DNA from: a bacterium
GTDB lineage: Bacteria > Zhuqueibacterota > Zhuqueibacteria > Residuimicrobiales > Krinioviventaceae
DNA: 64,000 nt
Reading direction: 5' to 3'
NCBI GenBank assembly: GCA_963693055.1
Contig: OY843751.1
Location: forward strand, 5,760,001 to 5,824,000
Below, piece by piece: positions 47,587 to 56,430 of this stretch. The position numbers and the translations under genes are program-made. The notes below the pieces were generated by a model. That model searched no databases, had not been told where the DNA came from, and saw only the letters and a list, made by a program, of their open reading frames with translations. Numbering within the stretch: position 1 is the stretch's first letter; the number at the start of each line of letters is the position of its first letter.

Positions 47587-49971
47587 TTATTTATCTCGAT
47601 CTTGTTTATTAGCTGCCTCTGCTTTCTTTTCTGTATTTTCTTTTTTATCTGACGGGTACTCTACGCGCGCATGATGTATACCAATCAAAATTTTCTGAAA
47701 CGCTTCTGAAATTTTAGAAAGGTCTTTTAATGTCAAGGGAGACTCGTCCAATTCTCCGCTTTTAAACTTTTCATCTATGATCTGCTCAACCAGACCTTTG
47801 ATTCGGCTGGGAGTAGGATCTTTGAGTGTACGGGAAGCTGCTTCTACAACATCCGCGCACATCATAATAGCAGTTTCCCGTGACTTGGGTCGTGGACCAG
47901 GATAGCGAAAATCTTCCTTTGCCACATTTTCTTCAGTGTTCTGCTCTAACGCTTTTTGATAAAAATAGCTCATCAATGAAGTGCCATGATGCTCATGAAT
48001 AAATGCTTCCACTTCTTTGGGTAAATTGTATTGTCGTGCTATTTCTCCACCACGTTTTACATGATTGGAAAGAATAAGCGAGCTCATGGAAGGCGCCAGT
48101 TTCTCCTGAGGATTGCGTCCACGGGTTTGATTTTCAACAAAGTATTCTGGCTTTTCCATTTTCCCAATATCGTGATAATACGCACCAACACGCGCAAGCA
48201 ATGCATTACCACCAATAGATTCTGTAGCCGCTTCAGCAAGCGTACCAACCAGAATACTGTGATGGTACGTGCCCGGGGCTTGTATAGCCAACTGTCTCAA
48301 TAACGGTTGGTTCAAATCTGACAGCTCTAACAAGGTCATATCTGTTGTAATATCAAACGCAAACTCGAATACAATGATCAGTCCATAAGCAAACACTGGT
48401 GACAGAAATGCATTCATCACACCAAAACCTATATCTTGAACAATGATAGAAACTGGGATATAATTTACAAGGTCATACATGAGAATGGAAACAATATATG
48501 ATCCGGCTATATAACCAAAAGCCCGCAACACCCAGTTACGGGTACGCACCTTACTCACGGCAAGAACCGCAATGGAACATACAAAAATAGAGATAAACGT
48601 AATCACAAACTCGTCACCGCGCATGGCCCCTACCAGCAAACTGATAGTAATAGAAACCAGAAAACCCAATTGAGTATTGAAAAAGATAGTTACAATAATA
48701 GCCGCAATTGGTATGGGTATTAAATAGGGTGACAATGAAAAGCTGTTGATCAAAAATGTCAATAAAGCCAAAAATAGAATCACGATCAACACCAGCAATG
48801 ACTTGCGACGATCCATAATAATAAAACGATGATCACGCCAGATCAACATTACCAGTATACTCAGTGTAAACAGAATAATGAAAAACTTGCCAATATTGGG
48901 AGAAATGCGAGACCAGACACCAGATGTCTCTCCCAGCTCTGCTTTCGCCTGTGCCAATGATGTCAATTTTTCGATATGCTGCCTGGTTATACGCTCATGA
49001 CTGTCAATAATCCGTTCACCGGCAAGTACCTGATCTTTTGCCAGAGGTACATTTGCCACAGCAACCTCAATCATAGATTCGGTTTCCTGCCCGTCATACA
49101 ACACATTGGGAACCAAAAAGTGCGCCGATATCTGATATGCAATCTTAACCTGGCTCTCGTCCAATGATGTATTGGTGCGGAGTTTTTCAAGCAGGGTGTT
49201 ATAAGCTTCATTTTTGTCAAAATAATAATTAATGTCTTCTTCAACAAAAGGTTCGCTTGAACCCAAGTTTATCATAGTTTCTGAAGACTGATCGTTCTGT
49301 CTTACCGTGATCTTGGTTTGACTGGGAGACATTTCATTTTTATTTTTGTCAAGAATACCGGTAGAATAAAACTCTTCAATTGAGGAAGTGATCGTTCCTG
49401 ATAAAGATTTAAAGGCCTCAACGCGTTTACTTACAAAACGCTCTGGCAAATTATTTATATCAAGTCCGGATTTATCGCTAAACCCGGTTAATAAAGATAC
49501 AATATCATCATCAGAAACAATAATGCCTTCGTCTCTGAAAAGCAACCTGAAATCCTGGTCTTTTACTTCATTAAACTTTAACAATTCAGACAGGTGATTG
49601 ACAAAAGTTTTCAATTTTTGTTTTTGTTCTTCTTCAATACTGTCGTTACGTTGAAAAACCGGAGCTACACTCTCACGTGCGCGTTTGACATCATTTTCAT
49701 ACTCTTCCGGGTTTTTGTTAACAGGAAAAGTAAACGGTGCAATGATCTCTGCACCAACATAAACACTGCCTTCTTTTAAATTTGAGAATTGAAAAGATTT
49801 TCCTCTGGGGAAAAAGAAAGTCAGCAATACCGCACATCCCAGCAAAACCGCAATATCCAGAATATATTTTTTATAAACGGCTTTAAAGGATTGGTCTGTA
49901 TGAGAGACGGATGATTTATCCGTATTTTTTTTCTTTTTAAAACGATGTCTGAAATTTAAGAACGATTTCAT
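47587..49971 (-). CDS. 7TM-HD (HDIG) membrane phosphohydrolase, PgpH-like
   Basis: Extracellular domain, 7 TMs, LLELSD, APGTYHHS, YYHDIGK, YFVENQ, EHHGT, FRYPGPRP. Confidence 0.9.
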   Translation of the reverse strand: MKSFLNFRHRFKKKKNTDKSSVSHTDQSFKAVYKKYILDIAVLLGCAVLLTFFFPRGKSFQFSNLKEGSVYVGAEIIAPFTFPVNKNPEEYENDVKRARESVAPVFQRNDSIEEEQKQKLKTFVNHLSELLKFNEVKDQDFRLLFRDEGIIVSDDDIVSLLTGFSDKSGLDINNLPERFVSKRVEAFKSLSGTITSSIEEFYSTGILDKNKNEMSPSQTKITVRQNDQSSETMINLGSSEPFVEEDINYYFDKNEAYNTLLEKLRTNTSLDESQVKIAYQISAHFLVPNVLYDGQETESMIEVAVANVPLAKDQVLAGERIIDSHERITRQHIEKLTSLAQAKAELGETSGVWSRISPNIGKFFIILFTLSILVMLIWRDHRFIIMDRRKSLLVLIVILFLALLTFLINSFSLSPYLIPIPIAAIIVTIFFNTQLGFLVSITISLLVGAMRGDEFVITFISIFVCSIAVLAVSKVRTRNWVLRAFGYIAGSYIVSILMYDLVNYIPVSIIVQDIGFGVMNAFLSPVFAYGLIIVFEFAFDITTDMTLLELSDLNQPLLRQLAIQAPGTYHHSILVGTLAEAATESIGGNALLARVGAYYHDIGKMEKPEYFVENQTRGRNPQEKLAPSMSSLILSNHVKRGGEIARQYNLPKEVEAFIHEHHGTSLMSYFYQKALEQNTEENVAKEDFRYPGPRPKSRETAIMMCADVVEAASRTLKDPTPSRIKGLVEQIIDEKFKSGELDESPLTLKDLSKISEAFQKILIGIHHARVEYPSDKKENTEKKAEAANKQDRDK

Positions 49972-50936
49972 AAGCTTTCTTCTTTTTGATTTGAATCAAA
50001 TTCTTCATAAGCATTGATGATCTTTCTTACCAACTGGTGTCTAACAACATCCTTTTTTGAAAGATACGTAAACCCTATTCCATCCACACCCTTTAATATT
50101 TCCTGAATTTCCACCAAACCAGATTTGGTTTGCGTTGGTAAATCGATCTGGGTAATATCACCGGTAATTATCGCTCGAGAATTTGCACCCAATCTTGTCA
50201 GGAACATTTTCATCTGAGCAGAAGTAGAGTTTTGAGCTTCATCCAAAATAACAAAACTATTATTCAGTGTACGCCCCCTCATAAATGCAAGGGGAACAAT
50301 TTCAATCACATTGTTTTCAAGATTGCGTTTCAATTTATCAAGCGGCATCATATCATACAGGGCATCATACAAGGGACGTAAATAAGGATCAACCTTATCC
50401 CTGAAATCACCCGGCAAAAACCCCAGATTTTCTCCTGCTTCTACAGCGGGTCTACACAAAACCAGTTTGTCAACAATCTTGTCACGTAAACATGCAAGAG
50501 CTACTGCAACAGCTAGGTAGGTCTTGCCGGTTCCCGCAGGTCCAATGGCAAACACAATATCATTATCCTGTGTAGCCTCAAAATAAACTTTTTGCCCCTC
50601 GGTTTTGGGCTTTACAAAACTTTTCCGTGTATAAAGAATGATTGAATCTTTATCAACAACTTCATCTACCTGATCAAGCTGTCGTACCGAAAGTTTAGAT
50701 ACGGTTTCAATATCATCCGGGGTGATTTGACCATTCCGGTTTGCCATATGCAAAAGCTCGGCAATAATCTTTTCAGCATTTTCAGTTTGCTCTTTTTCAC
50801 CACGAATTAAAATTTCATGGCCCCGGGCAATAATTTGCGTATTCAGGCAAGCTTCCAAAACACGCAAATTAGCGTCCTGAGCCCCATAAAAATCCAGAGG
50901 ATTAATTCCTCGCAATGTTACTTTACGCTCGTCCAC
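49968..50936 (-). CDS. phoH: PhoH-family ATPase (YbeZ)
   Basis: GPAGTGKT, RPAVEAGENLGFLPG, PLAFMRGRTL, DEAQN, GDITQIDLP. Confidence 0.95.
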   Translation of the reverse strand: MDERKVTLRGINPLDFYGAQDANLRVLEACLNTQIIARGHEILIRGEKEQTENAEKIIAELLHMANRNGQITPDDIETVSKLSVRQLDQVDEVVDKDSIILYTRKSFVKPKTEGQKVYFEATQDNDIVFAIGPAGTGKTYLAVAVALACLRDKIVDKLVLCRPAVEAGENLGFLPGDFRDKVDPYLRPLYDALYDMMPLDKLKRNLENNVIEIVPLAFMRGRTLNNSFVILDEAQNSTSAQMKMFLTRLGANSRAIITGDITQIDLPTQTKSGLVEIQEILKGVDGIGFTYLSKKDVVRHQLVRKIINAYEEFDSNQKEESL

Positions 50937-51008
50937 TCTAGTCCTAAAAAAATTGTACCTGGTAATGTAAGATTTTTTCAGCTATTTTAAAATAACTTTT
51001 CATCCAAA

Positions 51009-51051
51009 TAAAAAAACTCCCGGCCAGCTAGACTGACCGAGAGTTAAAAAA
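51009..51051 (-). terminator. Probable intrinsic terminator after the LysM gene
   Basis: aactcccggccag-ctaga-ctgaccgagagtt imperfect stem (G:U pairs on minus strand) flanked by A runs. Confidence 0.55.
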
Positions 51052-51077
51052 GCTATATAAATAAAAGACACGTCAAA

Positions 51078-51932
51078 CTATTCTTTGGGGATAACCAAAA
51101 CAGTATGAGGGAAAATCATGTTAGGATCTTCACCAATAATGTCTTTATTCTTTTCATAGATTTTTGTCCAGGATGCAGGATCACCAATAACGTCTGCGTT
51201 ACCAGCAATTTTCTGCAAATAATCACCTTTTGCTACCAAGTATTCTTCAGGACCAACTTCGCGTTGGATTTTCAAAACCTGGTCAGGGAAAATCAGATCG
51301 GGATTTTTGATCTGGTCTTTGTTATAAGAATAAATGCGCATCCATTTGATAGGATCTGCATAAATGTCTTCTTTGCCGGAGATTTTCCAAAGGTAATCAC
51401 CAACGATTACATTGTATTCATCGTAAACTGCCTTGGGCATTTTATTCTGAACTTGGGTAATTTTGCCTTCAATAGTGGCAATAAGGTTTTGCATTTCAGT
51501 CAAAGCTGCAATTTTATTTTTCTTTGCTTCTTCCAACTGTGCAATCAAACCTTCCAGCTCGTCACGTTTTTTAAACAGTTCTTCTGGTGACAATGCCAGC
51601 AGGCCATCAACCTGAGCTTCCAGATTTTTCAATTCAGCGCGGAAAGCATCCACACCTGCTTGATCTGTGCCCAATGCCGCAAGGATTTCGCCCCAAGTCT
51701 TGTCAATATCTGCTTGGGTGGTTTCTACTTCGCCTTTTAATGAGGCCACGTCAGATTGACATGTCTCTGCGGCGGCTTTTGCGTCAGCTTCACGTTTTTG
51801 CCAGTCAGCTAATTGAGCTTTATATTCATCCATAGACATTTTTTCTTGTGCCATGGAAAAGGTTGCTCCAAAAAACAGTGAAACTGAAAGCGCCAAGGTA
51901 AAGAAGGTCAATTTTTTACCTAAAACTTTCAT
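51078..51932 (-). CDS. Exported coiled-coil protein with two C-terminal LysM domains
   Basis: Signal peptide (SMA|Q); helical region; YNVIVGDYLWKIS...NPDLIFPDQVLKI and YLVAKGDYLQKIA...DPNMIFPHTVLVIP. Confidence 0.88.
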   Translation of the reverse strand: MKVLGKKLTFFTLALSVSLFFGATFSMAQEKMSMDEYKAQLADWQKREADAKAAAETCQSDVASLKGEVETTQADIDKTWGEILAALGTDQAGVDAFRAELKNLEAQVDGLLALSPEELFKKRDELEGLIAQLEEAKKNKIAALTEMQNLIATIEGKITQVQNKMPKAVYDEYNVIVGDYLWKISGKEDIYADPIKWMRIYSYNKDQIKNPDLIFPDQVLKIQREVGPEEYLVAKGDYLQKIAGNADVIGDPASWTKIYEKNKDIIGEDPNMIFPHTVLVIPKE

Positions 51933-51973
51933 CAGCTTCCCTCCAAGGGTTTCATGTTTAAATGTTAACTCGA

Positions 51974-52246
51974 TTAGTAGCCCATTTCGGCTAACCGTTT
52001 ATTAACATCTGCTTGTTCTTGTTTCATCTCTTTCAGTTCTTGTTTTTTTGCTGCCAATTGTGATTCCAGTTGTGCTTTTTGGCTTTCACAATCTGACAAA
52101 GAACTCTCTGCCGCTAAAGCAGCTGCTTTTGTTTCTTCCAGAGCTTGTAATTCTTTTTCATTTGGGCCACCACAACCTGTAAGCGCCAATGATATGAACA
52201 TCAAGCCAATTGCCGTAAAAACAATGAGACTTTTTGCTTTTTTCAT
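51974..52246 (-). CDS. Small coiled-coil lipoprotein (Lpp/OprI-like architecture)
   Basis: AGGAGG SD before ATG 52246 (TTG 52249 also possible); lipobox LTG-C; about 65-aa heptad-repeat mature part. Confidence 0.75.
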   Translation of the reverse strand: MKKAKSLIVFTAIGLMFISLALTGCGGPNEKELQALEETKAAALAAESSLSDCESQKAQLESQLAAKKQELKEMKQEQADVNKRLAEMGY

Positions 52247-52354
52247 CAAGTTAACACCTCCTTTCAAGAGATTTATTTTGGATTTATCTTGACAAATATG
52301 ATACGATTATATTTGTTAATTACTTTAAATTTTAACAAAAGTTTATATCAATTT

Positions 52355-52383
52355 ATTTTACTAAAAATAAGCTAAATAGTCAA
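52355..52383 (-). promoter_or_regulatory. Sigma70-type promoter of the lipoprotein-LysM operon
   Basis: Minus strand TTGACT-N17-TAAAAT. Confidence 0.6.
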
Positions 52384-52408
52384 GTAGAAAAACAGAATTC
52401 GCAATCTC

Positions 52409-54187
52409 TTATTCAACTATTCTTATGAATATCTCTCCCAACTTTTTTTTATTTGAAGAAACAATTATCGGATAAATCTGTTTATCTCTGTCTATGGCAT
52501 AACTGTCGAGTAAATTCTCATTCAACGCAATATTCAGATTCCTGTCTTCTCCATCTCCATTTCCAACAAAGCCTTTAAAATTTACTTGCAACCCTGTTTT
52601 CTGTGCATCGCTGGTTTCTACATTTACTATACGAATAATCTGATTCTTATGAAATTCTATTGTTTCATTATTTCTAACATTCAAAGTATCTTGTCCGCAT
52701 TCAAGCTTTATACTCATCAAATCCGGCTTTTTTAAAACAATACGAAAGCTGGCAAGTATTTCATTATATTGCTCTAAACGAATACTATATACCCAGCCCT
52801 CTCCATCTTCTGAATATGCTTTTATCAAATCCGTAGATGTGTCAACCCAAACACCCCGGTCCTGAGTTTTTAATGATTTATCCTGTGGAACAAATCCATA
52901 AACATTCACCCTGACCGAAGGATCTTGTTGTGTTGAAGGTACTGTATCTATAATCTTAATTCTGTCACCGGGCACCAGTTTAATGTCTTTATCTCTATCA
53001 AACACTTGTACATCATCGTTCACATTCATTACCAAATAATTGAATGATTCTTTAGGTATCGCTTGACTATCTTTAATATCCAGGTATATCTCACCACAAA
53101 GAAATTTATCTTTTCGAACAATGGCTTTGGTAGAATTGTTTATAACAATCTTTGACCGGTAATCATTCACGGTACCATAATTTAATATGTCAACCGATAG
53201 ACCGCGCTCATAGTTTGATTCTATATGGTTAATTTCGACTTTGTCACCTTTATTAATAGTCAAAGATTTTCCAACAGGCACAATATGTGTTTGCTGTTCA
53301 TTGATGGTAACAATAACAAAATATAATTCAGGATATTCCAGATAGATACGTGGCACTTCGGGTACTATATTAAATATCTTCATAAATTCATTAATTATCC
53401 ATACCTGATGTCGCACCTTTAACTCTATGTCTGATATAGACTTGGAAGACTCGATCCCAAACGCAGGAATACCAAAATTTGATAGCGCGTAATAAGTTGC
53501 CGAAGCACGCTGCTCGGCATGACGGGTATGGTCTGAAAAAGTATTATGGTTATTAAAAGCAAACTGATATTGAGGATTTTCAATTTTTTTGTTAACCTGG
53601 GTAATTACCGTTTTGGCAATCTCTTCTAAATTCAGTGTCTCAGTTGAATCATTGCTTGAAAACACATCCGCGTCTGCAATTATCGATTGACCATAACGTA
53701 ATGGATTTTCAATATCAGAAATCCAAGTATCCCGATAAAACCCTGATCCTTCATGTAAATTCAACAAAACATCTGCTTCTGCTATAAGTGACTTTAAAAT
53801 TTCTACAATTTGCTCTTCATAATTTTCACCATTTTTTTGTTTGGTGAATTTACGGTTCATATCTCCATGATAGCCACGCTGGTCCCGAATTATAGTATTA
53901 AAATTAGCACGGGGTACCATAATAAGACTACCTCGCTCAAGGTTTATATCCACATAATGGTCAGCAGCAAGATAGCCTGTGGGCTCATTTCCTTGGATTC
54001 CACCAATAACAAGCATTGTATTATCGGGTATACGTCCCTTTATCCGATAAACATTCAACTCATAAGGTGTATTCTCAAAATAAGTTTCCTGCACAAAACG
54101 TTTTTCAACATCTTTGGAATAGACGTTGAAAAAACCAAGAAAAATGAATAAAACAAAAATAATATTTTTATTAATTATCATTATCAA
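52409..54187 (-). CDS. Csd4/Pgp1-like (M99, M14-fold) peptidoglycan D,L-carboxypeptidase
   Basis: Signal peptide; GGIQGNEP (Gln/Glu ligands), DMNRKF, LNLHEGSGFY, GQSII, GIESSK; repeated C-terminal beta domains (VNVYGFV / VNFKGFV). Confidence 0.75.
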   Translation of the reverse strand: MIMIINKNIIFVLFIFLGFFNVYSKDVEKRFVQETYFENTPYELNVYRIKGRIPDNTMLVIGGIQGNEPTGYLAADHYVDINLERGSLIMVPRANFNTIIRDQRGYHGDMNRKFTKQKNGENYEEQIVEILKSLIAEADVLLNLHEGSGFYRDTWISDIENPLRYGQSIIADADVFSSNDSTETLNLEEIAKTVITQVNKKIENPQYQFAFNNHNTFSDHTRHAEQRASATYYALSNFGIPAFGIESSKSISDIELKVRHQVWIINEFMKIFNIVPEVPRIYLEYPELYFVIVTINEQQTHIVPVGKSLTINKGDKVEINHIESNYERGLSVDILNYGTVNDYRSKIVINNSTKAIVRKDKFLCGEIYLDIKDSQAIPKESFNYLVMNVNDDVQVFDRDKDIKLVPGDRIKIIDTVPSTQQDPSVRVNVYGFVPQDKSLKTQDRGVWVDTSTDLIKAYSEDGEGWVYSIRLEQYNEILASFRIVLKKPDLMSIKLECGQDTLNVRNNETIEFHKNQIIRIVNVETSDAQKTGLQVNFKGFVGNGDGEDRNLNIALNENLLDSYAIDRDKQIYPIIVSSNKKKLGEIFIRIVE

Positions 54188-54857
54188 TCGATTTGATATT
54201 TTGATAGATGATTTGACCGTCAGTAGAATATACTCTTATAACAGCAAATTTTATGGAAAAATCCGGGGGATCAAGATTAAATTGCACTTTTTTGAAATAC
54301 TTGATCGCAAATGAATCACCCGTCTTGTAATTAATTGCATTAAACTGTTTATCAACTTTGCAACCTTGCGGAAAAGTTGAAACCCTTGCATCAGCATTCA
54401 TACTGTCCATAAACAGCACATGCAGATACCCTTCTGCTTGAGAATTATTTCCGGAATCATTAACAAGATCAAATCCAACTTGTAATTGGGTCTTACTATT
54501 GTTAACGCTAAAATCCCGAACATTAATAATCTTTTGATCAATTTCATCAAATGTGACAACAGGATTCTGTTTAGCTTGTACCTGGGGTGTTGATTTGACG
54601 GGTGGTTTTTGCTTTTTAGGTTCAACATGACCATATAAAAAAGCGTCTTTCTTCTGACTCTTTAGCGACAATACCTGATCTTTTAATTCAGTATTTTGTA
54701 CAGATAATTGCCATGTCAAAAAAACGAGTCCAACAAAGATTAGAAAGAAAAGGATGACACCAAACTTTAACAGTTGATAATACAAAAAAGGCAGATTGAT
54801 CTTTCGTATTTTGTAGGAACTGCGGATAAACAAAATTGTTAACAATTCATGTCGCAT
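54171..54857 (-). CDS. Bitopic membrane protein (TM, coiled coil, C-terminal beta domain), unknown function
   Basis: One TM, QNTELKDQVLSLK coil, Pro/Gln/Lys linker, beta-rich C-terminus; tightly packed between its neighbours. Confidence 0.65.
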   Translation of the reverse strand: MRHELLTILFIRSSYKIRKINLPFLYYQLLKFGVILFFLIFVGLVFLTWQLSVQNTELKDQVLSLKSQKKDAFLYGHVEPKKQKPPVKSTPQVQAKQNPVVTFDEIDQKIINVRDFSVNNSKTQLQVGFDLVNDSGNNSQAEGYLHVLFMDSMNADARVSTFPQGCKVDKQFNAINYKTGDSFAIKYFKKVQFNLDPPDFSIKFAVIRVYSTDGQIIYQNIKSIDNDN

Positions 54858-54862
54858 AAACT

Positions 54863-55825
54863 TTATTCACTGGTTGCTTTGTTCTCATTCCAAACTTCTC
54901 GAACTATTTTAAAAGAATCATTTTCTTTAATGATATACAGTTGCTTAATTCCTGAATCTTTGTAATTCTCTGTTGAATAATCTTGGTAAAAATTGGCTAC
55001 ATAGTTTACATCATCCTTGAAAATTTGAATGTTGTACAAATCAACAGCGATATCTTTATATTGCTTAAACAATCTGTTTTTATATGCTTTATAAGCATAA
55101 TAATTCATACCATCAAAGTGAAACTGCTTAGAATAGCAATCAATAAAGGTGCCAATGTTTTGATTTTCCCAGCTTTTCTTCCATTTTTGTAAAAAATTTA
55201 CTATCTCCAGCTTGTCAGCCTCAACAAAATTTTGATTTCTAAAATAAATTTCGTCTACTATGACAACCGGTGTCTGATCAATAGTAACATACTGAGAGAC
55301 ATCATTAAAATCGGTATTTTCAAGAACAACACAGCCTTTGGTGTCATTTGAATTCTGAATTCGCTCTGGCTCATCCGTTCCATGTATCCAAATACCATAA
55401 CCATTCTTTTTTTTCATTTTGTCAAAACCATTAGGATAATCGAGAACAAATGCACCAGCACCATAAATAGGAGCAAGATACTGCTTGTCTTTTTCATCCC
55501 GAATGAAATATATGCCTTCCGGTGTTTTCAAATCACCTACTACATTTTTATCACCACGGACTTTGCCGGTAGAACAGACATATTGTTTTTCAACAAACAA
55601 TGTTGAATCAACTGCTTTTAAAACCAAAAAAGATTGACTTCGTTTTTCTACAAGAAATAGATACTCACTGCTTTTATTACAATCCAAATGAAGAAATGGA
55701 AGCGGCGCATACAACTCGTTTTTATTAAAACGGGTACCATATTCAAAAGTTGCAGAATGTGCAGAAACAATTGATAATAAAACCAGTACTAAAACAAATA
55801 GATTCCTGTTACTCATTTTTCCCAA
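54863..55825 (-). CDS. YkuD (L,D-transpeptidase/carboxypeptidase) + NTF2-like domain, Csd6/Pgp2-like
   Basis: GDLKTPEGIY, LDYPN, GIWIHG...TKGCV (His/Cys); C-domain WKKSWE...YSKQF...FYQDY...GIKQLY...KIVRE. Confidence 0.85.
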   Translation of the reverse strand: MGKMSNRNLFVLVLVLLSIVSAHSATFEYGTRFNKNELYAPLPFLHLDCNKSSEYLFLVEKRSQSFLVLKAVDSTLFVEKQYVCSTGKVRGDKNVVGDLKTPEGIYFIRDEKDKQYLAPIYGAGAFVLDYPNGFDKMKKKNGYGIWIHGTDEPERIQNSNDTKGCVVLENTDFNDVSQYVTIDQTPVVIVDEIYFRNQNFVEADKLEIVNFLQKWKKSWENQNIGTFIDCYSKQFHFDGMNYYAYKAYKNRLFKQYKDIAVDLYNIQIFKDDVNYVANFYQDYSTENYKDSGIKQLYIIKENDSFKIVREVWNENKATSE

Positions 55826-55839
55826 AGTTAAACTAGATA

Positions 55840-56424
55840 TTATTTTCCATTATTCTTTTTAATGTTGAACCAATTCAAGCTCCAACGTTTTTGGGCCTGA
55901 AAAAAATGATCAATGCGTTGATCTATTGATGCAAGAAATCCTTTCATTTCTTCATCACTTAAATGCTTTTCCTGCTGCATCATGTCCAGAATTTCATTAT
56001 GAAGTGTTTTATAAGTTAGAAATGTGTTTTCAGGATCTACAAGTTTTTTATATTCTTTGATCCTCTCAATCTTGGATTGCAAATCATCAAGTTTGAAGGG
56101 TTTCATTATATAATCGAACGCACCAAGTTTTAATGCTTCAATAGCAGTTTCTATCGTTGCAAATCCGGTCATCATTATAACCTGAGTAGTCTTGTTTTGC
56201 TCTTTAACAAATCGCAAAACATCCATTCCACCTTCAATGTTGCCATTGGGACTTTCCATATTCTTGTCGGTCAACACAAGATCATAGTCATTTGTTTTCA
56301 ACAGATCCAATGCTTGCTGAACAATGCCTGTGGAAGAAATATTATATTCCAATTCAGACAAAAATGTAACCAACAACTCTCGCAGCTGTTCGTCATCTTC
56401 TACAATAAGAACTTTTAACGACAT
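55840..56424 (-). CDS. Response regulator (REC plus short helical tail)
   Basis: VLIVEDD, LTDKNM, MMTGFATIETAIEALKLGAFDYIMKPF. Confidence 0.88.
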   Translation of the reverse strand: MSLKVLIVEDDEQLRELLVTFLSELEYNISSTGIVQQALDLLKTNDYDLVLTDKNMESPNGNIEGGMDVLRFVKEQNKTTQVIMMTGFATIETAIEALKLGAFDYIMKPFKLDDLQSKIERIKEYKKLVDPENTFLTYKTLHNEILDMMQQEKHLSDEEMKGFLASIDQRIDHFFQAQKRWSLNWFNIKKNNGK

Positions 56425-56430
56425 AACAAA

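Noticed and set aside
55840-56424. Response regulator as a truncated NtrC-type pseudogene
   Set aside because: No AAA+ remnant downstream and the next gene follows after 14 bp; truncation is not supported.
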